Positions 30,016-41,095 of a stretch of 64,000 bases of DNA are shown here, in pieces (within the stretch, counting starts at the first letter, position 1; each line of letters starts with the position of its first letter). The notes below the pieces were generated by a model, which was given only the letters and a program-made list of their open reading frames with translations, was not told where the DNA came from and ran no database searches. The stretch spans positions 5,388 through 69,387 of the forward strand of contig CAZPHA010000002.1 of NCBI GenBank assembly GCA_964586215.1, written 5' to 3'. Made by a program: the position numbers and the translations under genes. This DNA is from an uncultured Ferruginibacter sp. (GTDB lineage: Bacteria > Bacteroidota > Bacteroidia > Chitinophagales > Chitinophagaceae).

Positions 30016-31344
30016 ATGAAGAGAATTTTTCCTGTTATTACCATATTAATTTCACTTTCACTGCTTGGATTAATTTTTTTTCAGTGGCTTTGGATAAAAG
30101 GAGCAATGGAAACTAAAGAAAAGCAATTTGAAAAGGAAATTATTATAGCCACTTCTGAGGCAGCCATGGAACTTACGGAAGCAAAAGGGAACTTAGTACC
30201 TTATTCTAAAAAAAATGAATTTCTTTTTCCAAGCGATCGAATACAATTAGAGTTTTTTAAGCCCACCATTACACAAAAATTTTCCCGGGAAGAAATAACT
30301 GCCATCATTCGGCAATCTTTTAACAATCAGGGATTAAAATCCATCAACTTTGAATTTGCAATTATTCCGGCATCGCCATTTGCAGAGGAGATTACTTCGC
30401 CCAATTTTATCAAATATTATAATGACTCTGCCGATAATAAAAATATCCGTCATGTTTTTCCTTTAGAATCTCCGTCGGGAAGCGCTTCTGAAAATCTTAC
30501 CCAGAGTGAGCTGCTATGCATTATTGTACCTAATACCAATTACTTTGTATTGAAGCAAATGGGCTGGTTCATTATTGGCGCCATTATTTTTACTTTGATT
30601 ATTACTGCCGCTTTTTTTATCACGATACGCACCTTAATACGTCAGAAAAAGTTAAGCGAAATCAAGTCAGATTTTATAAACAATATGACCCATGAATTTA
30701 AAACTCCACTGGCAACTATTTCCCTGGCCGTAGATGCGTTAAAAAATGAAAAAGTAGTAGGTGATCGTACGAAAATGGAATATTTTACTTCGATTATAAA
30801 AGAAGAAAATAAAAGGATGAATAAGCAGGTAGAAACCATCCTTCAGGCTGCATTATTAGATAAACAGGCTGTACAATTAAACCTGAAAAAACTATCCGCA
30901 CATACATTAATTCGTAGCGCTTTGAATAATATGCAACTGCAGGTAGAAGAAAAAATGGGGCAATTGGAAATTCATTTAGATGCTCAAAATGATATGATTA
31001 ATGCCGATGAAGTACATTTTACCAATCTCATTAATAATTTGTTGGACAATGCAGTGAAGTATTCAAAAAATAATTTGAAAATAAAATTGTGTACCCAAAA
31101 TATTGGTAAACAAATACAAATTAAAATTGAGGATAATGGTATCGGAATGAATAAAGATACCCTCAATAAAATTTTTGAAAAATTCTATCGGGCCCATACC
31201 GGTAATATTCACAATGTAAAAGGTTTTGGCCTGGGCTTAAGTTATGTAAAGACGATGGTAGATGCTCACCATGGAACTATTCAGGCAGAAAGTGTTTTAG
31301 GAAAGGGCAGCGCTTTTACGATTACAATGCCATTGGTAAACTAA
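30016..31344 (+). CDS. Membrane sensor histidine kinase (HisKA/HATPase), RprX-like
   Basis: Two TMs, 'NMTHEFKTPL', 'NLLDNAVKYS', 'DNGIG', 'GFGLGL'. Confidence 0.92.
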   Translation: MKRIFPVITILISLSLLGLIFFQWLWIKGAMETKEKQFEKEIIIATSEAAMELTEAKGNLVPYSKKNEFLFPSDRIQLEFFKPTITQKFSREEITAIIRQSFNNQGLKSINFEFAIIPASPFAEEITSPNFIKYYNDSADNKNIRHVFPLESPSGSASENLTQSELLCIIVPNTNYFVLKQMGWFIIGAIIFTLIITAAFFITIRTLIRQKKLSEIKSDFINNMTHEFKTPLATISLAVDALKNEKVVGDRTKMEYFTSIIKEENKRMNKQVETILQAALLDKQAVQLNLKKLSAHTLIRSALNNMQLQVEEKMGQLEIHLDAQNDMINADEVHFTNLINNLLDNAVKYSKNNLKIKLCTQNIGKQIQIKIEDNGIGMNKDTLNKIFEKFYRAHTGNIHNVKGFGLGLSYVKTMVDAHHGTIQAESVLGKGSAFTITMPLVN

Positions 31345-31396
31345 CCTCATTTTGCTAATTTTTTTAGCTTACAAGTACAGAGGCCATTATTTCTAC

Positions 31397-31436
31397 TTAT
31401 TCACATCATTTTACGGTTATTCACAATTTATTCACT
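31397..31436 (+). promoter_or_regulatory. Cluster of DnaA-box-like 9-mers upstream of mraZ
   Basis: TTATTCACA at 31397 and 31417 (both match TTWTNCACA); TTATTCACT at 31428 (1 mismatch). Confidence 0.5.
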
Positions 31437-31535
31437 CTGAATTCACCGACATTTAGGCGTTATTGCTCTCAAACACGTATAAATACTCGAAAAAGTACTG
31501 TGGAAAAATAACTTTAATTATTTTTTCAATAAAAA

Positions 31536-31560
31536 GTGGGAAAAAGTGTTATTTTGTGGA
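31536..31560 (+). promoter_or_regulatory. MraZ-binding direct repeats
   Basis: GTGGG-N5-GTGTT-N5-GTGGA with 10-bp period just upstream of mraZ. Confidence 0.7.
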
Positions 31561-31591
31561 AGTTTAGGTAAAAAAACTGACTATTTCAAAA

Positions 31592-32044
31592 ATGATAGGT
31601 TTTCTTGGTGAATATGAAGCAACCCTGGACGCAAAAGGGCGTTTTCTGCTACCGGCTGGTTTTAAGAAACAGCTGCCGCATGACGCTACCCATTTTGTTA
31701 TTAACAGGGGTTTCGAAAAATGCTTAACCCTGTATCCGCAACAGAGTTGGGAACCTATTTTTTCTGAAATCAGCAAGTTGAATGATTTTGACCCTAAAGT
31801 TAGGGAGTTCCGTCGCTACTTTTTAAACGGCGCTACTTATTTGGAGATAGATAGTGCAGGAAGATTGCTATTGCCAAAAAATTTAATGGTACATGCAGGT
31901 TTGGATAAAGATATTGTATTGGTATCGGCAGTAAATAAAATTGAGATCTGGGATAAAAATACATATCAGCAGCTCTTTGAAACCTTTTCACCACAATCGT
32001 TTAGCGATCTGGCAAATGCAGTAATGAATAAAGATGCTGATTAG
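31592..32044 (+). CDS. mraZ: Division/cell wall cluster transcriptional repressor MraZ
   Basis: Two 'DxxGR.LLP' repeats. Confidence 0.96.
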   Translation: MIGFLGEYEATLDAKGRFLLPAGFKKQLPHDATHFVINRGFEKCLTLYPQQSWEPIFSEISKLNDFDPKVREFRRYFLNGATYLEIDSAGRLLLPKNLMVHAGLDKDIVLVSAVNKIEIWDKNTYQQLFETFSPQSFSDLANAVMNKDAD

Positions 32045-32063
32045 CTGAAAAGTTGGTAATAAT

Positions 32064-33026
32064 ATGGCTAAAGAAAAAAACAAATTACCAATCAATCAAT
32101 TGACTAATCAGCCTAATCATTATCATACGCCTGTATTGCTACACGAAACTATCGATGCTTTAAATATCAGGCAGGATGGGGTTTATGTAGACTGCACTTT
32201 TGGCGGAGGAGGGCACAGTCGGGCTATACTTGCTTTGCTCAACGAAAATGGCAGGCTGGTGGCATTTGATCAGGATGCAGCAGCCAAAGAGAATTTGCCG
32301 GAAGACAGTAGGATAATTTTTGTGCCGCAGAACTTCAGGCATTTGCAAAGATTTTTACGCCTCCATCAAATAGAACGGGTAGATGGTATTCTGGCAGATT
32401 TAGGAGTGTCAAGTCATCAGTTTGATGAAGCTGAAAGAGGCTTTTCTATTCGCTTTGATGCCGATTTAGATATGCGAATGGATCAAAGGCAAACAGTTAC
32501 TGCAGCAGATATCATTAAAAACTCTACTGAATGGCAACTGCATAAAATGTTTGAGCAATTTGGCGAAGTAACCAATGCGAAAACACTGGCTAAAGTCATC
32601 GTAGAACAAAGGGCTACACAGTCTATAAAAACCGTTGATCAATTTAAACAGGCAGTGCAGGGAGTGGTAAAAGGTAATCCCAATAAATATTTTGCACAAG
32701 TATTTCAAGCCTTGCGTATTCAGGTAAATGATGAGCTGGGGGCTTTGAAAGAAATGCTGGAGCAAAGTATAAAAGTATTAAAACCGGGTGGCCGTATTGC
32801 AATCATTACATTTCATTCATTGGAAGATAGGGTTGTAAAGAATTTTTTTAAAAAAGGAACTTTTGATGAAGTAGATAAAGATGAAATTTTTGGCCATAAA
32901 ATGGTAAGCCCGTTAACGATTATTACTAAGAAGCCCATACAGCCTTCCGATAACGAAATGAAGGAAAACCCAAGGTCAAGAAGCGCTAAGTTGAGGGTTG
33001 TAGAAAAGAAAAAAATATTGGATTAA
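32064..33026 (+). CDS. rsmH: 16S rRNA C1402 N4-methyltransferase
   Basis: 'HTPVLLHE', 'DCTFGGGGHS', 'FQALRIQVNDEL', 'NPRSRSAKLR'. Confidence 0.97.
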   Translation: MAKEKNKLPINQLTNQPNHYHTPVLLHETIDALNIRQDGVYVDCTFGGGGHSRAILALLNENGRLVAFDQDAAAKENLPEDSRIIFVPQNFRHLQRFLRLHQIERVDGILADLGVSSHQFDEAERGFSIRFDADLDMRMDQRQTVTAADIIKNSTEWQLHKMFEQFGEVTNAKTLAKVIVEQRATQSIKTVDQFKQAVQGVVKGNPNKYFAQVFQALRIQVNDELGALKEMLEQSIKVLKPGGRIAIITFHSLEDRVVKNFFKKGTFDEVDKDEIFGHKMVSPLTIITKKPIQPSDNEMKENPRSRSAKLRVVEKKKILD

Positions 33027-33037
33027 TAAAAATAGAT

Positions 33038-33388
33038 ATGGCAGAGCTTAAGGAAATAACGCATCAGGCTTCTCATCAAAAAATTGATTGGAAACGACGC
33101 TTATTGAGCTATAAATGGGTAGTAAAAAATATTCCTTTCTTTTTGTTTTTGTCAGTATTGGCTGTTTTGTATATCTATAACGGGCATTATGCTGATAAGC
33201 TAATCAGGCGTTTGTCAGGCACTGAGAAACGGATTAAAGAGCTGGAATACGAATATAAAACCATCAAGAGTGAAGTGATATTCCGCAGCAAAGCCAGTGA
33301 ATTGGCAAAAGCGGTGGAGCCGTTGGGATTGAAGGAATTAACTGTATCACCTGTCAGGTTGGGTGATAGTGCAACTATTCAAAAATGA
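33038..33388 (+). CDS. ftsL: FtsL-like cell division protein
   Basis: Single TM plus coiled coil; position between rsmH and ftsI. Confidence 0.8.
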   Translation: MAELKEITHQASHQKIDWKRRLLSYKWVVKNIPFFLFLSVLAVLYIYNGHYADKLIRRLSGTEKRIKELEYEYKTIKSEVIFRSKASELAKAVEPLGLKELTVSPVRLGDSATIQK

Positions 33389-33420
33389 ATAAGTAAAATT
33401 TAACGGAAGTTAACTCATCA

Positions 33421-35544
33421 ATGGAAGTAAAAAAAGACATATTGTGGAGAGTATATCTCTGTTTTTTGGGGATGATTGTGATCGGCGTAATGGTATTGGC
33501 AAAAGCTTTCATAATACAAAATGTACAGGGTAGTTATTGGCGTGGAATGGGAGATAGCCTGCATCTTAAATATCTTCCAATTGAGGCAGAAAGAGGTTCG
33601 ATTTATAGTGAAGATGGTAATATGCTGAGTACATCAGTACCGATTTTTGACATTTATATTGATTTTGGCGCAGATGGACTGAGAGAAAAGAATGGCAAAA
33701 GATTTAAGGAGAACCTGGATTCTTTGAGTTTTTGTTTAGCATCATTATTCAAAGATAAGGCTGCAGACGATTATAAGAAGGAACTGCAGTTGGCATATAA
33801 AAATAAAGACAGGTATTATCCTTTGAAGAAGAAAATTTCTTTTACGGAGTATGCGGAGTTAAGAAATTTTCCACTGGTAAGGTTGGGTAGAAATAAAAGC
33901 GGCTTTATTGTAGATACAAGAGACAGGCGTATTAATCCATACATGTTATTGGCCAATCGTACAATCGGGTTGTCTCGTGATGATGCCAGTAAAAATGTAG
34001 GGTTAGAACAAAGCTATGATAGTTTGTTAAAAGGTAGAAATGGTCAAAGATTAGTAACATACAGGGCTGGTACTTTCATGCCTGTGGAAAATGCAGAGAT
34101 AGAGCCGGAAAATGGTAAAGACATCATTACAACTTTAGATACTTATATGCAGGATGTTACAGAAGGAGCTTTAATGAAAATGATGGTTAATAACAACTCA
34201 CTGCATGGTACTGCTATTGTAATGGAAACAGCTACCGGTAAAATAAAAGCAATTGCTAATTTGGGTAAACAGCCGGATGGCAGTTATATAGAGGATTTAA
34301 ACTACGGTATCGGGAAACGAACAGAGCCCGGATCTGTATTTAAACTGGTTACTCTGTTAAGTTTGTTGGAAGATAAATATGTTGATGTAAACACAATGGT
34401 AGATTGTGAAGGAGGTTCAAAAAACTTTTATGGGTTGCGTATTAAAGATTCACATTTAGGTACAGGCGTTATTTCTGTAAAAGACGCTTTTGCAAGAAGT
34501 AGTAATGTTGCATTTGCAAAGCTTGCAGATCAATATTACCATGAGCAACCATCTAAGTTTATAGATCATTTGCATCGGCTCAAATTAGATACATTAACAG
34601 GCGTAGATATTACTGCATCTTCCGGTATGCCTATCATTAAAAAAGCAGGTAGCAAATCATGGAGTAAAACGACCATCCCATATATGGCACATGGCTATGA
34701 GGAGTTGATAACGCCCCTGCATATGCTCATGCTTTATAATGCGGTAGCAAATAATGGTAAAATGATGCGTCCATATCTGGTAAATGAAATAAAACAATAT
34801 GGCATAACGCTTAAAAAAATTGAACCGCAGGTGATGGTAGAAAAAATATGCAGTGACGAAACATTGAGCCAGTTAAAAGAGTGCCTTCGTGCGGTGGTTG
34901 AGGATACTCACGGTACCGCACATACGCTATTGGATTCTGTTTATGGTATTGCCGGTAAAACCGGAACGGCGGTAACCGCACTCAACAATAAAGGTTACAA
35001 TAAGGGTAATAAAATTTACCAATCGGCTTTTATAGGTTTTTTCCCACAGGATAATCCTAAATATACCATAGCCGTAGTTATCCAAAATAGCCGTGAGTCG
35101 AAGTTTATTTATGGCGCCACTGCTTCAGCGCCTGTATTTAAGGAGATAAGTGATAAAATTTACGGCAGGTATATATGTTCCGATAAGTTAATTACATGGA
35201 ATGGAAAAGATAGTGCTTCGTATAGTTATTATGGTTTAAAAAATGAGTTTCAAACCATATCGGCCTTATTAAAAATGCCCTTTACAGATTCCGGTAATGA
35301 AGGTTCGTGGAGAGCATTAAATATCAAAAAGAATGATGCTTCTTTGTATACACCATCCACCTTAAAGTTGTCAAATAACGCAGTACCTAATGTACAGGGA
35401 ATGGGCTTAAAAGATGCAGTGTATTTATTGGAAAATATGGGATTGCAGGTAAAGGTTTCAGGAAGAGGCAGAGTGGTTAATCAATCATTAATACCGGGAA
35501 GCGGCTTTAGAAGAGGGCAGGATATTGCATTAATATTAAATTAA
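33421..35544 (+). CDS. ftsI: Penicillin-binding transpeptidase FtsI/PBP3 with PASTA domain
   Basis: 'EPGSVFK' (SxxK), 'SSN', 'KTGT', C-terminal PASTA 'VPNVQGMGLKDA'. Confidence 0.92.
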   Translation: MEVKKDILWRVYLCFLGMIVIGVMVLAKAFIIQNVQGSYWRGMGDSLHLKYLPIEAERGSIYSEDGNMLSTSVPIFDIYIDFGADGLREKNGKRFKENLDSLSFCLASLFKDKAADDYKKELQLAYKNKDRYYPLKKKISFTEYAELRNFPLVRLGRNKSGFIVDTRDRRINPYMLLANRTIGLSRDDASKNVGLEQSYDSLLKGRNGQRLVTYRAGTFMPVENAEIEPENGKDIITTLDTYMQDVTEGALMKMMVNNNSLHGTAIVMETATGKIKAIANLGKQPDGSYIEDLNYGIGKRTEPGSVFKLVTLLSLLEDKYVDVNTMVDCEGGSKNFYGLRIKDSHLGTGVISVKDAFARSSNVAFAKLADQYYHEQPSKFIDHLHRLKLDTLTGVDITASSGMPIIKKAGSKSWSKTTIPYMAHGYEELITPLHMLMLYNAVANNGKMMRPYLVNEIKQYGITLKKIEPQVMVEKICSDETLSQLKECLRAVVEDTHGTAHTLLDSVYGIAGKTGTAVTALNNKGYNKGNKIYQSAFIGFFPQDNPKYTIAVVIQNSRESKFIYGATASAPVFKEISDKIYGRYICSDKLITWNGKDSASYSYYGLKNEFQTISALLKMPFTDSGNEGSWRALNIKKNDASLYTPSTLKLSNNAVPNVQGMGLKDAVYLLENMGLQVKVSGRGRVVNQSLIPGSGFRRGQDIALILN

Positions 35545-35567
35545 ACAACAAACAGAATTGACAGAAA

Positions 35568-37031
35568 TTGTTATTGCAGGACATATTATATAAAGTAAAT
35601 GTTATTTCAATCAATGGAAATACTCAGGCAGATATTAGCAGCCTGCAGATTGATTCACGGCTGATAACAACCGGCTCTTGTTTTATTGCGATCCGGGGAA
35701 CAAATGTTGATGGTCATCAGTATATGAATGTAGCGGTTGAAAATGGTGCAGTAGCTATTGTATGTGAAGTATTGCCTGAAAAATTAGTACAACATGTAAC
35801 CTATGTTCAGGTAGCCAATACCGCAACTGCCTTAGCATACATGAGCAATAATTTTTATGGAGAACCTTCCACGAAAATGAAGGTAGTAGGCGTAACGGGT
35901 ACCAACGGAAAAACAACAATCGCTACTTTACTCTGGAAATTATTTATTTCTTTAGGGTACAAATGTGGCCTGATAAGTACGGTTCATAATAAAATAAATG
36001 ACCAAACCATAGCATCTACACATACTACGCCTAATGCCATCAGCCTTCAGGCTTTATTACATGATATGTTCAAAGCCGGTTGTCAGTATGTTTTTATGGA
36101 GTGTAGCAGCCATGCAATACATCAGCATCGTATTGATGCGGTTCAATTTACCGGCGCCATCTTTAGTAACATTACACATGATCATTTAGACTATCATAAA
36201 ACATTTGATGAATATATCCGGGTAAAAAAATCATGGTTTGATACACTGCCCTCTACCGCTTTTGCTATCAGTAATGCTGATGACAAACGAGGGGCGGTGA
36301 TGCTTCAAAATACTGTGGCTAAGAAATATTATTATAGTCTTAAAACCATAGCAGATTTTAAAGGAAAAATTTTAGATAACAGCCTGGAAGGCCTTCATAT
36401 GACGATTAATGAAAAAGAAATTTTTTTCAAATTAATCGGAGAATTCAATGCCTATAATTTGTTGGCGGTTTACGGCGCTGCGGTTTGCTTAGGTCAGGAT
36501 AAAGATGAGGTATTGACAGCATTGAGTAGCCTGACAGGTGCGGAAGGAAGATTTGAATATATTATTAGTGAGAAAGATAAAATTGTTGGCATTGTGGATT
36601 ATGCCCATACACCAGATGCTTTGCTGAATGTGTTGGCAACCATTAAAAAATTACGTCAGGACGGCCAACAGGTAATTACCGTAGTAGGCTGTGGCGGTGA
36701 CAGAGATAAATCAAAACGACCTGTCATGGCAACCGTAGCATGTGAGCATAGTGATAAGGTGATTCTTACCTCTGACAATCCACGTAATGAAAATCCCGAT
36801 GATATTATAAAAGATATGGAGGCAGGAGTAACGGCAGTGACTAAACGAAAATGTTATGTAAATGTAGACAGGCGAGAGGCTGTCAAAATGGCAGTCGGCT
36901 TTGCTGATAAAAGTGATATCCTGTTAATAGCCGGAAAGGGACATGAAAAATATCAGGAAATAAAGGGCGTGAAATATGATTTTGACGATAAAAAAGTGCT
37001 GGCAGAGATGTTTGAATTGATGAGTAAATAA
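35568..37031 (+). CDS. murE: UDP-N-acetylmuramoyl-L-alanyl-D-glutamate--2,6-diaminopimelate ligase
   Basis: 'GVTGTNGKTT', 'VDYAHTPD', DAP-specific 'DNPR'. Confidence 0.96.
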   Translation: MLLQDILYKVNVISINGNTQADISSLQIDSRLITTGSCFIAIRGTNVDGHQYMNVAVENGAVAIVCEVLPEKLVQHVTYVQVANTATALAYMSNNFYGEPSTKMKVVGVTGTNGKTTIATLLWKLFISLGYKCGLISTVHNKINDQTIASTHTTPNAISLQALLHDMFKAGCQYVFMECSSHAIHQHRIDAVQFTGAIFSNITHDHLDYHKTFDEYIRVKKSWFDTLPSTAFAISNADDKRGAVMLQNTVAKKYYYSLKTIADFKGKILDNSLEGLHMTINEKEIFFKLIGEFNAYNLLAVYGAAVCLGQDKDEVLTALSSLTGAEGRFEYIISEKDKIVGIVDYAHTPDALLNVLATIKKLRQDGQQVITVVGCGGDRDKSKRPVMATVACEHSDKVILTSDNPRNENPDDIIKDMEAGVTAVTKRKCYVNVDRREAVKMAVGFADKSDILLIAGKGHEKYQEIKGVKYDFDDKKVLAEMFELMSK

Positions 37032-37130
37032 ATATTATAATTTATAAATATTTATAAATCAATTTTTTATATAAAATATTTTTTCTTATTAAAAATTACT
37101 AATATAACTAAGCTTACGTAGAAACCGAAT

Positions 37131-38435
37131 ATGTTGTATCATTTATTTAACTGGCTGTCAAAAGACGGAAATGTATTTCCGGGAAGTGGATTATTTCAGT
37201 TCATCACTTTTCGGGTATTGATTGCCGTGTTATTGAGCCTGTTTATTACAACAGTGTATGGGAAAAAACTAATAAAATTTTTGCAGAGAAGGCAGTTGGG
37301 AGAGAGTGTAAGAGACTTAGGCCTGGCAGGTGAACAGCAGAAAAAAGGCACTCCTACAATGGGAGGTATCATTATCATTTTGGGCATATTGATACCAACA
37401 TTATTGCTGGCCAATTTAGGAAAAGTTTATATACGCTTAATGATATTGTGTACGGTTTGGCTGGGTTTGATCGGTTTTATTGATGATCTGTTAAAACTCA
37501 GGGCAAAGCGAATTGCTAAAGAAAAAGGAATTGCATATAAAAAAAGCGATAGTGATGGCCTGGCAGGTAAATTCAAAATATTTGGTCAGGTAGTTTTAGG
37601 TATTATCATCGGCGCTACTTTGTATTTTAATCAAAATGTAACCGTAAAAAGAGAGGTGCTAAAAGTTTCAGAAAATGTAGACTCGATTTTATTAAGGGGA
37701 GAGAGAAAAGTAAAGTTTGATACCCTCACTATTGATAGTAAAAAGCATTTTTTCGTTGATGTTAAAACACCCATTACTACTATTCCTTTTGTTAAAACGC
37801 ATGAGTTTAACTATGCAAAATTATTGCCTAAGAGCTGGGAGAAGTACACTTATATTTTGTACATATTGATTGTAATATTAATTGTAACGGCGGTATCGAA
37901 TGGAGCCAATATTACGGATGGCCTGGATGGTTTGGCAACAGGTGTAAGCGCTATTATTGGTATTAGCTTAGGAATTTTTGCTTACGTAAGTGGTAATATC
38001 AAATTTGCGGAGTATTTGAATATAATGTATATCCCTAATTTAGGAGAATTGTCCATATTTATTGCTGCTTTCGTAGGTTCTTGTGTAGGTTTTTTATGGT
38101 ACAATGCATACCCGGCGCAAATATTTATGGGTGATACCGGAAGCCTTGCGTTGGGAGGTATTATTGCAGCATTGGCCATTATTGTAAGAAAGGAATTATT
38201 GATACCGATATTATGCTTTGTGTTTTTGGTAGAAAATTTAAGTGTAATGATTCAGGTATCCTATTTTAAGTATACAAAAAAGAAGTATGGAGAAGGACGG
38301 CGTATTTTTTTGATGAGTCCCCTGCATCATCATTATCAAAAGCTGGGGTATCATGAAAGTAAAATTGCTGTTAGATTTTGGGTAGTAACTATATTAAGCG
38401 TTGTGATGGCTATTGTAACGCTTAAAATGAGATAA
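37131..38435 (+). CDS. mraY: Phospho-N-acetylmuramoyl-pentapeptide transferase
   Basis: 'TPTMGG', 'NITDGLDGL', 'FMGDTGS', 'PLHHHY'. Confidence 0.97.
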   Translation: MLYHLFNWLSKDGNVFPGSGLFQFITFRVLIAVLLSLFITTVYGKKLIKFLQRRQLGESVRDLGLAGEQQKKGTPTMGGIIIILGILIPTLLLANLGKVYIRLMILCTVWLGLIGFIDDLLKLRAKRIAKEKGIAYKKSDSDGLAGKFKIFGQVVLGIIIGATLYFNQNVTVKREVLKVSENVDSILLRGERKVKFDTLTIDSKKHFFVDVKTPITTIPFVKTHEFNYAKLLPKSWEKYTYILYILIVILIVTAVSNGANITDGLDGLATGVSAIIGISLGIFAYVSGNIKFAEYLNIMYIPNLGELSIFIAAFVGSCVGFLWYNAYPAQIFMGDTGSLALGGIIAALAIIVRKELLIPILCFVFLVENLSVMIQVSYFKYTKKKYGEGRRIFLMSPLHHHYQKLGYHESKIAVRFWVVTILSVVMAIVTLKMR

Positions 38436-38455
38436 TAAATGCGAATATAACTGTT

Positions 38456-39796
38456 GTGAGTAAACGAATAGTCATATTAGGTGCCGGCGAAAGCGGAGTA
38501 GGTGCAGCTTTATTGGCACAACAGCAAGGTTATGATGTTTTTGTTAGTGATGGAGGAAAAATAACCGATCAATATAAAACTGAACTACAACAGCGCCATA
38601 TTGAATTTGAGGAGTTGAAGCATTCGGAAGATAGAATATTATCGTCAGATGAGGTGGTGAAAAGCCCGGGTATACCGGAGAAAAATGAGTTGGTAAAAAA
38701 AATAAGAGCAAAGGGTATAAGTGTTATCAGTGAAATAGAACTGGCATATCGTTACAAAGGAAGCAGTAAAATAATTGCCATAACGGGAAGCAATGGAAAA
38801 ACAACCACGACGGCTTTAACATACCACATCTGTAAGTCAGGTGGCGCTGATTGTGCGTTGGCAGGCAACATAGGTTATTCTTTCGCCCGGCAGGTAGCAT
38901 TAAAGCCGAAAGAGTTATATGTATTGGAAATTAGTTCTTTTCAGTTGGATGATATTGTTACATTCAAACCGGATGTAGCAGTATTAACAAATATTACGGA
39001 AGACCATTTAGATCGTTATGATTATCAGATGCAGAACTATGTTAACAGTAAGTTTAGAATTGTGATGAACCAAACAAGTGATGATGTATTTATTTATAAC
39101 CTGGATGATGAAGTAACGGTCAACAATATTAATAAGTATCCCATTAAATCAATATTAGTACCAATTAGTATGAACAGGAAATTACCACAAGGCGCATATA
39201 TTAGCAATGATCAGTTGCATTTAAAATGGAAAAATGAAGAAATGAAAATGAGTGTAGATGATTTTGCATTAAAAGGAAAACACAATCAATATAACAGTAT
39301 GGCCGCCAGTTCGGCCGCTGTAGCAGTAGAGATAAAAAAAGAAAATATAAGGGAATCTCTGCAAACTTTCGAAAACCTGGAGCATCGTATGGAAGTTGTA
39401 GCTACCGTCAGGGGAGTTGAGTTTATCAACGACAGCAAGGCTACCAATGTAAATAGTGTTTGGTTTGCTTTAGAAAGTATGACCAGGCCAACCATATTAA
39501 TATTAGGCGGTGTGGATAAAGGAAATGATTATACTTTGTTGAGGGAATTGATAAGAGAAAAGGTAAAAGCTATCATATGCATGGGAACTGACAACAGAAA
39601 AATACATGAAGCATTGGGCGACGTGGCGCCACTTATTGTTAACACTACCAGCGCTCATGAAGCTGTAAGATCAGCTTTTCACCTGGCAAATAAGGGGGAT
39701 GTAGTATTATTAAGCCCGGCATGTGCCAGTTTTGATTTATTTAAGAATTATGAAGACAGGGGTAATCAGTTTAAACAAGCAGTTAAAGAGCTGTAA
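38456..39796 (+). CDS. murD: UDP-N-acetylmuramoyl-L-alanine--D-glutamate ligase
   Basis: 'GSNGKTTT', 'NDSKATN', 'SPACASFD'. Confidence 0.97.
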   Translation: MSKRIVILGAGESGVGAALLAQQQGYDVFVSDGGKITDQYKTELQQRHIEFEELKHSEDRILSSDEVVKSPGIPEKNELVKKIRAKGISVISEIELAYRYKGSSKIIAITGSNGKTTTTALTYHICKSGGADCALAGNIGYSFARQVALKPKELYVLEISSFQLDDIVTFKPDVAVLTNITEDHLDRYDYQMQNYVNSKFRIVMNQTSDDVFIYNLDDEVTVNNINKYPIKSILVPISMNRKLPQGAYISNDQLHLKWKNEEMKMSVDDFALKGKHNQYNSMAASSAAVAVEIKKENIRESLQTFENLEHRMEVVATVRGVEFINDSKATNVNSVWFALESMTRPTILILGGVDKGNDYTLLRELIREKVKAIICMGTDNRKIHEALGDVAPLIVNTTSAHEAVRSAFHLANKGDVVLLSPACASFDLFKNYEDRGNQFKQAVKEL

Positions 39797-39807
39797 TTCG
39801 TAATAGA

Positions 39808-41073
39808 ATGAAAAATAATAATTTCAATTTTAAACAATTCTTTACACCTTCATTTAGCGAAGTGAGTAATAATCTTGTTTCTAAAACAAGAGGTGACAAA
39901 GTTATTTGGGCGATTGTAATTGTACTAACACTTGTTAGTTTACTGGTAGTATACAGTAGTACAGGATCACTTGCTTATAAATATAGCAAAAGCACAGAGA
40001 GTTACCTGTTTAAACAATTTGCATTTATTATTTTGGGGGTTGTTATTATCTATTTTGCTCATAGAGTCAACTATACCATTTATGCCAGGGTAGCCAAAAT
40101 ATTATTTGTGCTATCTGTGCCTCTTTTGCTGTATACATTATTTTTCGGAGTACAATTAAATGCCGGTAGCCGTTGGATTAAACTTCCTGTCATCAATATG
40201 ACATTTCAAACTTCCGATCTGGCAAAGCTGGCATTATTCATGTATCTAAGCAGGCAATTAAGTAGGAAGCAAGATGTAATCAAAGATTTTAAAAAAGGCT
40301 TTTTACCGGTAGTAATTCCTGTTGCTATTATCTGCATACTGATTGCGCCGGCCAATTTATCTACTGCTTTGCTTATTGGAGGCACCAGCTTTGTATTGAT
40401 GTTTATAGGAAGGGTGAACACAAAGCATATGTTGGCTACATTATTTATTGCAGCAATTCCGGTGATGCTGCTTTTTCTGATAGCAGTTAAATATTATGAT
40501 AAGCAGGAACAAAAAACAAAAGATTTGCCGGGCATATTAGCCGCCGGAAGGATACCAACCTGGATAAGCCGTATACAAACATTTTTATATAGTAATAAAG
40601 AAGACGGTAATGAAAAATTATACCAAATCAATCAGGCTAAAATAGCGGTGGCAAAAGGCGGATGGGTGGGTAAAGGACCGGGCAATAGTGAGCAAAGGAA
40701 TTTTCTTCCTCACAGTTACAGCGACTTTATTTTTGCCATCATCATTGAAGAGTATGGCTTGCTGGGAGGAGCTTTTATTATTTTTATTTACCTGATTTTT
40801 TTGTATCGATGTATAAGAATTTACCAGCGATGTCCTTATGCTTTTGGAGCTTTTTTGGCATTGGCATTAAGCTTTACGTTGGTTATACAGGCAATTGCCA
40901 ATATGGGGGTGGCGGTAAATTTGTTTCCAAATACCGGCGTTACCCTACCGCTGGTAAGTATGGGAGGAAGTAGCTTTTTATTCACCTGCTTATCTATTGG
41001 TATTATTTTAAGTGTTGCCCGAAATGTAGAACAATTAGAAGGTAAACAAGCCGCAGTAAAGCTGGAAGAATGA
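39808..41073 (+). CDS. ftsW: FtsW/RodA/SpoVE family peptidoglycan polymerase
   Basis: Multi-TM; 'LPHSYSDFIF', 'LPLVSMGGSS'. Confidence 0.93.
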   Translation: MKNNNFNFKQFFTPSFSEVSNNLVSKTRGDKVIWAIVIVLTLVSLLVVYSSTGSLAYKYSKSTESYLFKQFAFIILGVVIIYFAHRVNYTIYARVAKILFVLSVPLLLYTLFFGVQLNAGSRWIKLPVINMTFQTSDLAKLALFMYLSRQLSRKQDVIKDFKKGFLPVVIPVAIICILIAPANLSTALLIGGTSFVLMFIGRVNTKHMLATLFIAAIPVMLLFLIAVKYYDKQEQKTKDLPGILAAGRIPTWISRIQTFLYSNKEDGNEKLYQINQAKIAVAKGGWVGKGPGNSEQRNFLPHSYSDFIFAIIIEEYGLLGGAFIIFIYLIFLYRCIRIYQRCPYAFGAFLALALSFTLVIQAIANMGVAVNLFPNTGVTLPLVSMGGSSFLFTCLSIGIILSVARNVEQLEGKQAAVKLEE

Positions 41074-41095
41074 TTGCGGTGATCAATAATTTGAG

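Noticed and set aside
35568-38435. murF missing between murE and mraY
   Set aside because: murF is commonly unlinked from the dcw cluster in Bacteroidota.
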